DNA of 64,000 nucleotides, taken from assembly GCA_022394775.1 (NCBI GenBank), contig JAGFCB010000030.1, forward strand, positions 18,852-82,851, in the 5' to 3' direction. How positions within the stretch are numbered: the first letter of the stretch is position 1; every line of letters starts with the position of its first letter. Source of the DNA: Candidatus Poribacteria bacterium. GTDB lineage: Bacteria; Poribacteria; WGA-4E; WGA-3G. The notes under the pieces were generated by a model, which was not told the origin of the DNA, did not search any database, and was given only the letters and a program-made list of their open reading frames with translations. Positions 8,410-16,980 of the stretch are shown piece after piece. Both the position numbers and the translations under genes were made by a program.

Positions 8410-8692
8410 GCTTAACATTAAATAAGTATTGTATTTCACAAGATAGTATAGCCTTCAAATGTGTTCTATCTTCTTTGTCATGCCTGCGCGCGTTTCGGCT
8501 TGCACGAAGCACCTCGTCGCGGGCTATTTTTGTTGCACTCGGTTTCGTCCGAGGCGTGTTATCCATACCACTTTCTATTTCTCCAATCCTTATTTCCAGT
8601 GAGCTCCCCCTTGTGGGAGTTATTTCCAATCGTGATTGTGATTAGATAGGGACGGGTGTTTTTCATGTAATTCTGTAGGAAGGAGAATGAAT

Positions 8693-10153
8693 ATGCCGAA
8701 ATTAGTGGCAATTGGAGACAGTCTTACACAAGGAGTCCAGAGCGGCTCAGTTTTTAAAACCGGACTGTCTTTTCCAGCACTCATCGCTGAATCAATGGGA
8801 TCTAATGTGCCTAAAAACTTTCGAGTGCCAAGTTTTCCTGGAAGTGGTCTACCGTTCAATATTGAGTGCTTCCTTCGTTCAATGCGCCAGAAGCTTGGAC
8901 GCGATATTGAGGGTATAGAATGGGCAGAACTTCTGTATCATCTCAGCGGTTTTGTTGATGATATTGAAGATTTGTACGAGCGTGGTGCCGGATCAAAACC
9001 TGCCGCTTATACAGGTTTATACCATAATTTGGCAGTAGCTGGCTTCCGCGTCTACGATAGTTTTAAAGTTAACGCTAAATATTGTGTCTGCCAAATCATG
9101 GATAAGGAAGGTTGGATTCAAGATGATTTTCTCGGTCTCCCTTCCGCGCCGATGTACCGGATAGCCCAACGTGTGCTTAATCCAGGACAACGAAGGTACC
9201 AGAATTCCTGGACACAGATTGACAATCTGAAAGCTCTTAACAAGCCAGAGGATCCCGTGGAAAACCTCATACTGTTTTTAGGTGCAAACGATTGCCTCGG
9301 AACGCTTAAAGACCTTGAGATAAGAGACATGGCAGAAAACCCTCCTTCAGATCCACAAGAACGTAGGAAGCGGTACAATCTCACAAGTGCAGAGGTTTTT
9401 AGAGAAGATTATAGAAGGATGGTTGTGCAAATTTCAAGTGTGATCTCAGATACGACACGCGTGTTTGTAGGTAATGTCCCACATGTAACAATTGCCCCCA
9501 TTACGCAAGGTATTTCGGGAGACGATGATTCTGTGAATAATGATGGATATTTCCCTTACTATGGTCCCTTCTACGCAACGCAGGAGGCGTTCAATCCCCG
9601 CTGGGATCCACATTTAACCGGTACCGAAGCCCAAAGGATTGATAAGCGAATTGACGAATTTAACGCTATCATTGGAGAATTAATTCAGGAGCAGGGCGAG
9701 AGGTGGCAGGTTGTTGATATCTGTGCTTTACTTGACGATCTTGCTGTCAAGCGGAATTCGGAAACGGATTGTCCAACAGAAGTGCTGGAGAATTTTTTTC
9801 AAAGACGCAACAGGAGCGATCATCCGCTACTTGCTGCCAACCTTAATCCGACACCCAGCGTGCTACGTTTTGAAAGTTCTCAGCGGGGGCGTATCAGTGG
9901 CGGACTTTTCAGCCTTGACTGCTTCCATCCAACCACAATAGGCTACGGTCTCATTGCTGAAGAGTTCCTACGTGAGATGGAGAACGTTAACGTTGAGAAT
10001 GCAGATCCTACGCGTCTTAATTGGAGGCAAATTATTAAACGGGATAGTTTGATCCAGAATCCACCTGCGCTTTGGGACGACATCCTTGAGGTAGCCGACG
10101 CGCATCCCCGTTTGACCAGTCTCATCTATCGTATTTTGGAGAGTGTTACTTAA
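8693..10153 (+). CDS. SGNH/GDSL-family hydrolase (lipase/esterase-like)
   Basis: Block I AIGDSLTQG, block III LFLGANDCLG, block V DCFHPTTIGY. The ATG at 8693 is better spaced from AGGAAGGAG than the ATG at 8687. Confidence 0.8.
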   Translation: MPKLVAIGDSLTQGVQSGSVFKTGLSFPALIAESMGSNVPKNFRVPSFPGSGLPFNIECFLRSMRQKLGRDIEGIEWAELLYHLSGFVDDIEDLYERGAGSKPAAYTGLYHNLAVAGFRVYDSFKVNAKYCVCQIMDKEGWIQDDFLGLPSAPMYRIAQRVLNPGQRRYQNSWTQIDNLKALNKPEDPVENLILFLGANDCLGTLKDLEIRDMAENPPSDPQERRKRYNLTSAEVFREDYRRMVVQISSVISDTTRVFVGNVPHVTIAPITQGISGDDDSVNNDGYFPYYGPFYATQEAFNPRWDPHLTGTEAQRIDKRIDEFNAIIGELIQEQGERWQVVDICALLDDLAVKRNSETDCPTEVLENFFQRRNRSDHPLLAANLNPTPSVLRFESSQRGRISGGLFSLDCFHPTTIGYGLIAEEFLREMENVNVENADPTRLNWRQIIKRDSLIQNPPALWDDILEVADAHPRLTSLIYRILESVT

Positions 10154-10232
10154 CTAAACTTTATAGTAAAGTCCGAAAATATATGAACAGGGGTTGGGTT
10201 CCCCAACCCTAAACACAAGGAGAACATTTCTT

Positions 10233-10424
10233 ATGAAACCTAAAGTCAACTTTCTCGGCATCTGCTGCGTTGCCGTTGTTCTGCTGATCGGGCTGATAGG
10301 CTGCAGCGAAGACGCAATAGAAGAAGATCCGGTCAGCTTTGTGTCGGCGATCCCCCTACGGGCAGCACCATCCAACCAGACGCGACGATTATCGCGAGTT
10401 TTGATGGCACCCCTGACGGGATAA
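10233..10424 (+). CDS. lipoprotein signal peptide fragment, the 5' part of the frameshifted FGE-sulfatase gene
   Basis: MKPKVNFLGICCVAVVLLIGLIGC lipobox after AAGGAG. The frame turns non-protein-like after about 10350, while the adjacent frame continues sensibly into 10427..11383. Confidence 0.55.
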   Translation: MKPKVNFLGICCVAVVLLIGLIGCSEDAIEEDPVSFVSAIPLRAAPSNQTRRLSRVLMAPLTG

Positions 10425-10426
10425 AC

Positions 10427-11383
10427 GTGACAGGCGGAAAGTTCTCAGTCTCCGGTGCGAATGTGACGATAACGGGTCCGTTTACGGCAGGCGCGTTGAA
10501 CCTCACGCTCACGTGGTCAGACGGTGCAGAGGCACTCGTCTATAACGTTAAGGCAGCAGCGGGTGAAACTGCTGAGGGTAGGGATACACCGGCACCGCCG
10601 CCAGACGGCATGGTATTGATCCCTGCGGGTGAGTTTGATATGGGTAGCAACGATGCGGAGGCGCGTAACGATGAGCAGCCTGTCCGTCGGGTCTACGTAG
10701 ATGCGTTTTATATGGATGAAACCGAGGTGACCAACCTGCAATTCAAAGAGTTTCTACTTGAGAACCCACGCTGGCAAAAAGACCGAGTGAACGGAGGCAG
10801 GGGCAACCCAATAGCAGACGAGTGGTACCTCTCCAAATGGAAGGGGAACAACTATCCGAATGGTAAGGCGAACCATCCAGTCCGCAATGTAAGTTGGTAT
10901 GTGGCAATGGCATACGCGGAGTGGGCAGGTAAACGGCTCCCGACCGAAGCTGAATGGGAATACGCCGCACGCGGCGGCTTGAAGGGCAAAAAGTATCCCA
11001 ATGGGAATACGCTCACAGCACGGGATGCTAACTTCGACAACAATGCTGGTGGTATCACCCGTGTCGGTAGATATCCTGCGAATGGCTACGGACTATATGA
11101 CATGGCGGGCAATGTGCAGGAGTGGTGTCTTGATGAGTATGATGCGGAGTTCTATTTTACGTTTCCAAAGAATGGCGTGGCGCGTAACCCGGTGTCAGGA
11201 GCAAACAGTATTCAGTGGATATTAGACAATTATATACGACTTAACTCTCATCGCGTCCGGCGCGATGGTGATCACCACTTGCTTGCAAAATTCGCACGAG
11301 TCTCCGCTCGCCGGTCTCATTGGCCCAATGGGACAGGCACCGGTGCCCCCGGTTTTCGTTGTGTGAAGGATGTAACCGATTGA
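10427..11383 (+). CDS. formylglycine-generating-enzyme (FGE/SUMF1)-sulfatase domain protein, 3' part of an interrupted gene
   Basis: MVLIPAGEFDMGS, RVYVDAFYMDETEVTN, HPVRNVSWY, RLPTEAEWEYAARGG, YDMAGNVQEW, GFRCVKD. The same frame stays open and protein-like upstream to about 10343. Confidence 0.8.
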   Translation: MTGGKFSVSGANVTITGPFTAGALNLTLTWSDGAEALVYNVKAAAGETAEGRDTPAPPPDGMVLIPAGEFDMGSNDAEARNDEQPVRRVYVDAFYMDETEVTNLQFKEFLLENPRWQKDRVNGGRGNPIADEWYLSKWKGNNYPNGKANHPVRNVSWYVAMAYAEWAGKRLPTEAEWEYAARGGLKGKKYPNGNTLTARDANFDNNAGGITRVGRYPANGYGLYDMAGNVQEWCLDEYDAEFYFTFPKNGVARNPVSGANSIQWILDNYIRLNSHRVRRDGDHHLLAKFARVSARRSHWPNGTGTGAPGFRCVKDVTD

Positions 11384-11417
11384 ATTTTAACAACACTTAT
11401 AGGAGATTAAGAAAGAC

Positions 11418-12515
11418 ATGCTAAAAGCTTACCAACACTTCAGGAACCTCTTTTTTATCGTTTTCTTTTCTTTCCTTTTGGCATTTATAGGATGTGGTGC
11501 ACCCAGCAACCACATAAATCCATATTATCCACCTGGTCTACCTAAGCATCAGGAATCAGATGTTGAGATTCATACGCCAATCAACTACCGGATCATCCTG
11601 ATCGGAGATGCGGGTGATCCGGACAAGGACGAACCGGTTCTTAAAACACTCAGTGAATGGGCGAAAAAGCACGCTGAAAAAACCAGTATCGTTTTTTTAG
11701 GGGATAATATGTATGATCAAGGATTGACGCAAAAGGCGCGGCACGAGGCAGATGCCAAACTGGGGCCACAGTTAGCGGTCGTCGAAACAAGTCAAGCACA
11801 CGGATTGTTCATCCCCGGCAATCACGATTGGGAAGACAGCGGCAAAGATGGACAGATTACACTGATGGCACAAGAAGAATTTATCAAGAAACGCCTTGGG
11901 ACGCAGTCTCAACGTGGGCACCCCGTTTTTCTGCCCGAGTGTGGTAAGCCAGGGCCTAGGATGCTGGAACTTCCGACAAGCGCACCCGTCGTTCGACTTA
12001 TCGTCCTGGATACGCAGTGGTGGCTTCATAAACATCAAAAACCACGCAAAGATCCCGAGACAGTCATAGCGGACCTCAAAAACCAGTTAATGACCGAGCT
12101 GCCGGCTATTGTTGTCGGACACCATCCAGTAGAATCGTATGGGAAGCACGGCACGTCGAAATGGTCTCTGTTTAATCGCCAGGATCTCAATGGAAAGCAC
12201 TATAAGTCCATGATAAAGGAACTCAAAAAAGCGTTTTGGGTATCGGAAGCGGGCAAGACACCTCTGTTAATCTATGCTGCCGGACACGATCATTCTCTGC
12301 AAGTTTTGAGAGGACTCATTACCGATTATCTCCTTGTCAGTGGTGCTGGTTCAAAAAAGAAACTATCCGCGGTGGGAAAGGGGAACAATACGCTATTTGC
12401 ACATGAACATACCGGCTTCATGGTCATAGATTTTCTGGAAAATGGTAAAGTTTTGTTGCGCGTGGTTGAACCTGCCGATAAAGAAGTCGTGTTTCATCAC
12501 TGGCTGAAACAGTAA
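11418..12515 (+). CDS. calcineurin-like metallophosphoesterase lipoprotein
   Basis: Lipobox LAFIGCG. Motifs GDAGD, GDNMYD, GNHDW, GHHP and GHDH appear in the canonical order. Confidence 0.85.
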   Translation: MLKAYQHFRNLFFIVFFSFLLAFIGCGAPSNHINPYYPPGLPKHQESDVEIHTPINYRIILIGDAGDPDKDEPVLKTLSEWAKKHAEKTSIVFLGDNMYDQGLTQKARHEADAKLGPQLAVVETSQAHGLFIPGNHDWEDSGKDGQITLMAQEEFIKKRLGTQSQRGHPVFLPECGKPGPRMLELPTSAPVVRLIVLDTQWWLHKHQKPRKDPETVIADLKNQLMTELPAIVVGHHPVESYGKHGTSKWSLFNRQDLNGKHYKSMIKELKKAFWVSEAGKTPLLIYAAGHDHSLQVLRGLITDYLLVSGAGSKKKLSAVGKGNNTLFAHEHTGFMVIDFLENGKVLLRVVEPADKEVVFHHWLKQ

Positions 12516-12643
12516 TGTTTTCCGTGAAGTTCCTGAACCTACAGGGTTGCTTAACGAGTCGGCACCAGTCTTAGAAGGTTTCACCGGTTTTGGAGGCAGC
12601 CGCGCTGCACTTACCTATCTCATGCTGAATGCGAAAAAAAGGG

Positions 12644-12672
12644 TTGACAACCGCTGAAAAATCGGATAGAAT
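12644..12672 (+). promoter_or_regulatory. sigma70-type promoter (TTGACA-17-TAGAAT)
   Basis: TTGACA at 12644-12649 and TAGAAT at 12667-12672, upstream of the Rpn-like gene. Confidence 0.55.
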
Positions 12673-12739
12673 AAGGTGAAGATAAAAGGTATCTGAAACG
12701 CCTAATTTTTATCGGGAGATGTGTAACGGGTGAAATCTG

Positions 12740-13867
12740 ATGAATGCTTTTGACGAGGTACTCTCTTTCCTACAAGAACCCCTCGGCACCTTTCCGGACC
12801 GGAGTGCGAAATGGTTATTATCCAACACGGATAACCTCCAGGGACTCCTTGAAATCATCGGGAGCGATCTGGTTGATGCCCTTGATTTTAGCAAGGTCCA
12901 GCGCGTCAATACGACTTTTATAGCAGACAACCTCCGAGAACAAGAATCAGATCTGGTGTTCTTGTTGCCGTTCCGGGATGCCGATGAAACTGAGGTGATG
13001 ATCTACATCCTGCTGGAACATCAATCTACAGTGGACCCTGCGATGGGGTTTCGGTTGCTGTTTTATATGGTTCAGATATGGGACCAGCAGCGGCAGAAGT
13101 GGGTATCGGAGAACGTTCCGAAGAGAGAATGGCAGTTCCGTCCGATTATTCCTGTGGTTTTTTATACGGGTGAACAGGTCTGGCAGACGTTGCCTTCACT
13201 TGAGACGTTGATGGATGTTCCGGGACCGCTGGTCCGGTTTATTCCACGTTTTGAGACGCTTTTTCTCGGTGTCAAGGCTGAATCGGATGCGAACCTGTTG
13301 AAGACGGAACGTCCGTTCGGTTGGTTGATGACGCTCTTGAAACAGGAGATGGCTGATACAGATGTGTTTATCTCTGTGTTAGAGCGTTTGGGTGTGCATC
13401 TCGGCACGCTGAGTGATGCGGAACGTGCATCATGGAAACAAGCGATCTATTATCTTTATCTTTTTATATTTTATCGGCGTTCAGATGCGGAACGTGATGC
13501 GTTAGAGGCAATCGTATCTAAACATCGTAAGTCTTTGAGACTTTCAGAAGAGGAGGCAACCCTGATGCAGAGTCTGGCAGAACGTTACTTAGAACAAGGT
13601 ATTCAGCAAGGTATTGAACAAGGTATTGAACAAGGCATTGAACAAGGCATTGAACAAGGCATTGAACAAGGCATTGAACAAGGTGCGCGTCAAACAAGTA
13701 TTGAAAGCACGATCGCCATCCTCAACCAACGCTTCCCAAACTCCGATGTCACCGAAGTGCGTGCTATTCTTGAAGCCATTAGGGACATCGACCGTTTGAA
13801 GCATCTGAACCTCCAGGCTTCCATCGCTACTAGTTTAACGGATTTTCAAGAACACTTAGACAGATAG
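12740..13867 (+). CDS. Rpn/YhgA-like recombination-promoting nuclease (PD-(D/E)XK putative transposase) with a DUF4351-like tail
   Basis: ESDLVFLL...VMIYILLEHQSTVDPAMGFRLLFYM matches the RpnA/YhgA core. The C-terminus carries an (EQGI)n tract followed by a helical tail. Confidence 0.75.
   Translation: MNAFDEVLSFLQEPLGTFPDRSAKWLLSNTDNLQGLLEIIGSDLVDALDFSKVQRVNTTFIADNLREQESDLVFLLPFRDADETEVMIYILLEHQSTVDPAMGFRLLFYMVQIWDQQRQKWVSENVPKREWQFRPIIPVVFYTGEQVWQTLPSLETLMDVPGPLVRFIPRFETLFLGVKAESDANLLKTERPFGWLMTLLKQEMADTDVFISVLERLGVHLGTLSDAERASWKQAIYYLYLFIFYRRSDAERDALEAIVSKHRKSLRLSEEEATLMQSLAERYLEQGIQQGIEQGIEQGIEQGIEQGIEQGIEQGARQTSIESTIAILNQRFPNSDVTEVRAILEAIRDIDRLKHLNLQASIATSLTDFQEHLDR
13592..13687 (+). repeat. 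eight tandem 12-bp units (GAACAAGGYATT) encoding EQGI repeats inside the Rpn-like gene
   Basis: Units start at 13592, 13604, 13616, 13628, 13640, 13652, 13664 and 13676. They translate as EQGI QQGI EQGIx5 EQGA. Confidence 0.95.
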
Positions 13868-13930
13868 CTTGATAGAATTTACCCTTCAGATTTACAAGAG
13901 GATTTAAAAACATTTCCAAAGGAAAAACCC

Positions 13931-13985
13931 GAGGTGTGATGGTAAGTCGGCTTACTGCCGAATGCCATCACACCTCTTTTTCTTT
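13931..13985 (+). terminator. rho-independent terminator
   Basis: 12-bp stem GAGGTGTGATGG / CCATCACACCTC followed by TTTTTCTTTT. Confidence 0.75.
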
Positions 13986-14124
13986 TCGGGCAAAAAAATA
14001 TATGCAATTCGGTAGTGAATAGGGTATAATTATTAAGGAGTAGCCTACAGACCGATGCCGTTGAAGGCACAGATGCGGGTGTGAAACATTCCATACACAT
14101 AAGAAGGTTGGGGAAAGGAAAGAG

Positions 14125-15924
14125 ATGCTGAATCCTTCAGAGACAAAAGAGGGCGTATATACAAATCTGTCGCTAATGGATAAGATTCGGCGGAAGTACG
14201 ACTTAACGCCATCAATCACGCTTGTACTCGGATTGACAACGCTGTTTTTTGTTGTTTTCCTTATATATCCGCTCCTCTATGTCTTCAAAGAGGCGTTCTG
14301 GATTGAAAATAAATTCACACTTGCTTACTTCAAACTGATGGTAACCGATCCGAATATCCGCGAATTGGTTATCAATAGTTTCTATATTGGTATAATGGTC
14401 ACGATCATAACGAGCATCGTCAGCCTACCTCTGGCGTATTTCTTGACCCGGTATCGGTATCCCGGACGCAATATGTTACGCTCTGTTATCTTAATTCCGA
14501 TGATTATGCCACCGTTTGTCGGGGCTATTGGGATGAAGCAGTTTTTCGGGTTATATGGGAGCGTCAATATGCTTCTCGTTAAACTTGGACTGCTTGATAT
14601 GACGGAAACTATTGACTGGTTCGGTGGCGGCTTTTGGGGCGTGGTGATGTTGTCAACCTTGCACTTGTATCCGATAATGTATCTCAACATCGTTGCTGCA
14701 CTCGCAAACGTTGATCCGAGTCTGGAGGAAGCCGCCGAAAATATGGGAGCGTCCCGGTTCCAAGTTTTCCGTCAGATCACACTCCCATTGATGATGCCGG
14801 GTTATTTTGCGGGTGCGATTCTCGTCTTTATCTGGGCGTTCACCGATCTCGGTACACCTCTAATCTTTGAATACCGAGAGGTGGTTTCGGTCCGAATTTT
14901 CAACCAAGTGACTGAGGCGAACACGAATCCGATGGGCTACGCGCTGGTTGTCCTAATTATCGTCCTAACAGCACTCGCCTTTTACGTTTCCAAACGCTGG
15001 ACAGGCAGTAAGCACTATGAAATGCTGGGCAGGGGGCATGTAACATCCCGCGAAACGGATGCAAGATGGGGTATGCGTAGCATCATCTATCTTTTTATTG
15101 GCGGTTTGACGTTTATGGCACTCCTACCCCATATTAGTGTCATCCTTGTTTCGTTAACACCAGACATAAGCCAGTGGCGATTTAGCGTGTTCCCGCAATC
15201 CTGGACTTTCGCACATTACATTGAGACCTTCACCCATGACGATACACTACCGAGTATCTTTAACAGTCTGAAATACAGTATTTTCAGTACCCTGTTGGCA
15301 CTGCTTGTCGGTATCGTGGTATCGTATTTGTTAACCCGCAAGCGGCTCCCGTTCCAAAACTTATTGGATGCGGTGGCAATGTTGCCGTTAGCGTTACCCG
15401 GTGTCGCGATTGCGTTTGGGTATATGGGCAGCTTCGCAGATACGACACTGCTGCTACGGTATTTTCCTGATGGCCTCGTTTCTGTTATAGACCCTCGGAA
15501 GAACCCGACGTTCCTTCTGATAATCAGTTATGCGGTGCGACGGCTGCCGTATATGTTGCGTTCTATCTACGCCGGACTCCAGCAGACCAGCGTGAGTTAC
15601 GAAGAAGCATCACAAAACATGGGGGCGACACCGATCCGGACCCTGTATAAAATAACCTTGCCTTTGGTTGTCGCGAACATTCTCGCGGGTGCGATTCTGG
15701 TATTCTCATTCTCCATGTTAGAAGTTAGTGATAGTTTAATTTTGGCGATGAAAGACGATTACTATCCGATTACCAAAGCGATTTGGTCGCTCTCTCAACG
15801 TCCTGATCACGGCCCATATACGGCGAGTGCGCTCGGCGTGGTAGGGATGTTAATTTTAATTGCGTGTCTACTGGGTGCGGGTCGCGTGCTTGGCGGGAAG
15901 TTAGGCGAAATTTTCCGGATTTAG
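14125..15924 (+). CDS. fused two-domain ABC transporter permease (iron(III)/thiamine-type, FbpB/CysW-like)
   Basis: About 12 predicted TM segments and two EAA loops (EEAAENMGASRFQVFRQITLPL and YEEASQNMGATPIRTLYKITLPL). Confidence 0.8.
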   Translation: MLNPSETKEGVYTNLSLMDKIRRKYDLTPSITLVLGLTTLFFVVFLIYPLLYVFKEAFWIENKFTLAYFKLMVTDPNIRELVINSFYIGIMVTIITSIVSLPLAYFLTRYRYPGRNMLRSVILIPMIMPPFVGAIGMKQFFGLYGSVNMLLVKLGLLDMTETIDWFGGGFWGVVMLSTLHLYPIMYLNIVAALANVDPSLEEAAENMGASRFQVFRQITLPLMMPGYFAGAILVFIWAFTDLGTPLIFEYREVVSVRIFNQVTEANTNPMGYALVVLIIVLTALAFYVSKRWTGSKHYEMLGRGHVTSRETDARWGMRSIIYLFIGGLTFMALLPHISVILVSLTPDISQWRFSVFPQSWTFAHYIETFTHDDTLPSIFNSLKYSIFSTLLALLVGIVVSYLLTRKRLPFQNLLDAVAMLPLALPGVAIAFGYMGSFADTTLLLRYFPDGLVSVIDPRKNPTFLLIISYAVRRLPYMLRSIYAGLQQTSVSYEEASQNMGATPIRTLYKITLPLVVANILAGAILVFSFSMLEVSDSLILAMKDDYYPITKAIWSLSQRPDHGPYTASALGVVGMLILIACLLGAGRVLGGKLGEIFRI

Positions 15925-15985
15925 AAATATTCACGAGAGCAACTGCTCCTTAATAAATAGAAGCGTTTGAAAGTAAATTGATTGC

Positions 15986-16672
15986 ATGTTAAAATATGAA
16001 GAAATAAAACCTAAAGTATACATCGAAACCACAGTCGTTAGTTACTTAGTAGCGCGTCCCAGCACAGATGCGACCTTAGGTGCACGACAACGAGTTACAC
16101 AACAGTTCTGGGAAAACTACTCCGATACCTTTGAGTTTGTCGTGTCGGATGTAGTCATCACAGAAATTAGACAAGGCAATGAAATCGCAGCACAGCGTAG
16201 AATTGACGCGTTAGCAGGTCTTACAGTATTGGAACTGTCTCCAGAGGCAATTATACTTGCCATGGAATTGATAAATGCAGGTGCTGTTCCAAAGGAATCA
16301 CAAACGGATGCTCAACATATTGCTGTTGCCGTGGTAAATGGCATTGAGCATTTAACTTCTTGGAACTATAAACATATTGTGAACGAAACTAAGCGACAGC
16401 ATATTGATCAGGTTTGTCAAGCCGCTGGATATCAACCTACGATCCTCTGCACCCCTGCAGAATTAATTGAGGAAATGACAATGAAAGAGAAACCGCATCC
16501 ACCCATGGATCCCGTTCTTGAAGAATGCTACCGGATGAAAGCAGAATTCAACGCCCGGTTCAAAACTATGCAGGAACTTGTTGATTATTTGAAGGCAGAA
16601 AATATAAAGAACAAAGCGGAAGGTTGGAAATATATATCGCTACCGCCAGTCAAATCCCACAAACAAGACTAA
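15986..16672 (+). CDS. PIN-like (VapC-family) toxin domain fused in frame to a small partner-protein-like C-terminal domain
   Basis: VYIETTVVSY, DAQHIAVAVV and LTSWNYKHI are typical of one PIN-like subfamily. The C-terminal 60 aa (DPVLEECYRMKAEFNARFKTMQELVDYLK...ISLPP) resembles the small protein usually encoded next to it. Confidence 0.6.
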   Translation: MLKYEEIKPKVYIETTVVSYLVARPSTDATLGARQRVTQQFWENYSDTFEFVVSDVVITEIRQGNEIAAQRRIDALAGLTVLELSPEAIILAMELINAGAVPKESQTDAQHIAVAVVNGIEHLTSWNYKHIVNETKRQHIDQVCQAAGYQPTILCTPAELIEEMTMKEKPHPPMDPVLEECYRMKAEFNARFKTMQELVDYLKAENIKNKAEGWKYISLPPVKSHKQD

Positions 16673-16738
16673 TGTGTTTACGCTCTTGTCCCGTACAGAG
16701 AGTTATTGTTATTTTATAGGCAGGATATAGTAATGTAT

Positions 16739-16769
16739 GCAGGGCATTTGAAATTGCCCTGCTTTTTTG
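16739..16769 (+). terminator. rho-independent terminator
   Basis: GCAGGGCA-TTTGAAAT-TGCCCTGC followed by TTTTTTG. Confidence 0.75.
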
Positions 16770-16878
16770 TCCAATTGCTGCAATGATAAGAATATCAAGT
16801 GTTGTGTTTACCCCCAATGGAAACCTTTTTACCAGTGAAGGTGCTGACGCTATGATCATCCTATGGAAAAGGAATTGA
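16765..16878 (+). pseudogene. orphan WD40-repeat remnant
   Basis: Translates ...ISSVVFTPNGNLFTSEGADAMIILWKRN*, which is a terminal WD40 blade (x-F-[ST]-P-[DN]-G ... D-x-x-[IV]-x-[LF]-W). There is no start codon and no upstream blades. Confidence 0.45.
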
Positions 16879-16980
16879 TTTTCAGATATATTTACGGCAG
16901 CGAAATTCGCGCTGAAATGTAGATGAGTTCACGACGACACGGAGGACATTCATTAGGTAGTAAACAGAAAAAGTAAGTTT

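Noticed and set aside
8231-8425. 64-aa ORF downstream of the consensus promoter, running into the poly-C tract (PPPP)
   Set aside because: It has a weak ribosome-binding site and odd composition, and its end is created by the homopolymer. It is kept only as part of the unexplained-region finding.
8076-8686. Known housekeeping ncRNA (RNase P RNA, tmRNA, SRP RNA, 6S RNA) in the ORF-free region
   Set aside because: The hallmark strings I know were not seen on either strand: GGAAAGTCCGGGC for RNase P, the GGGG...tRNA-like ACCA end for tmRNA, and the SRP GGAA/AGCA loop context.
10190-10210. Hairpin GGGTTGGG-TTC-CCCAACCC after the SGNH hydrolase gene as a terminator
   Set aside because: No T-run follows and the loop is only 3 nt. 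It may still fold, but I cannot support a terminator call.
13592-13687. Short regular repeats considered as a possible CRISPR array, together with the 108-bp tandem at 3941-4157
   Set aside because: The 12-bp units are contiguous, in frame and coding. The 108-bp units are contiguous with no spacers. There are no cas genes, so this is not CRISPR.
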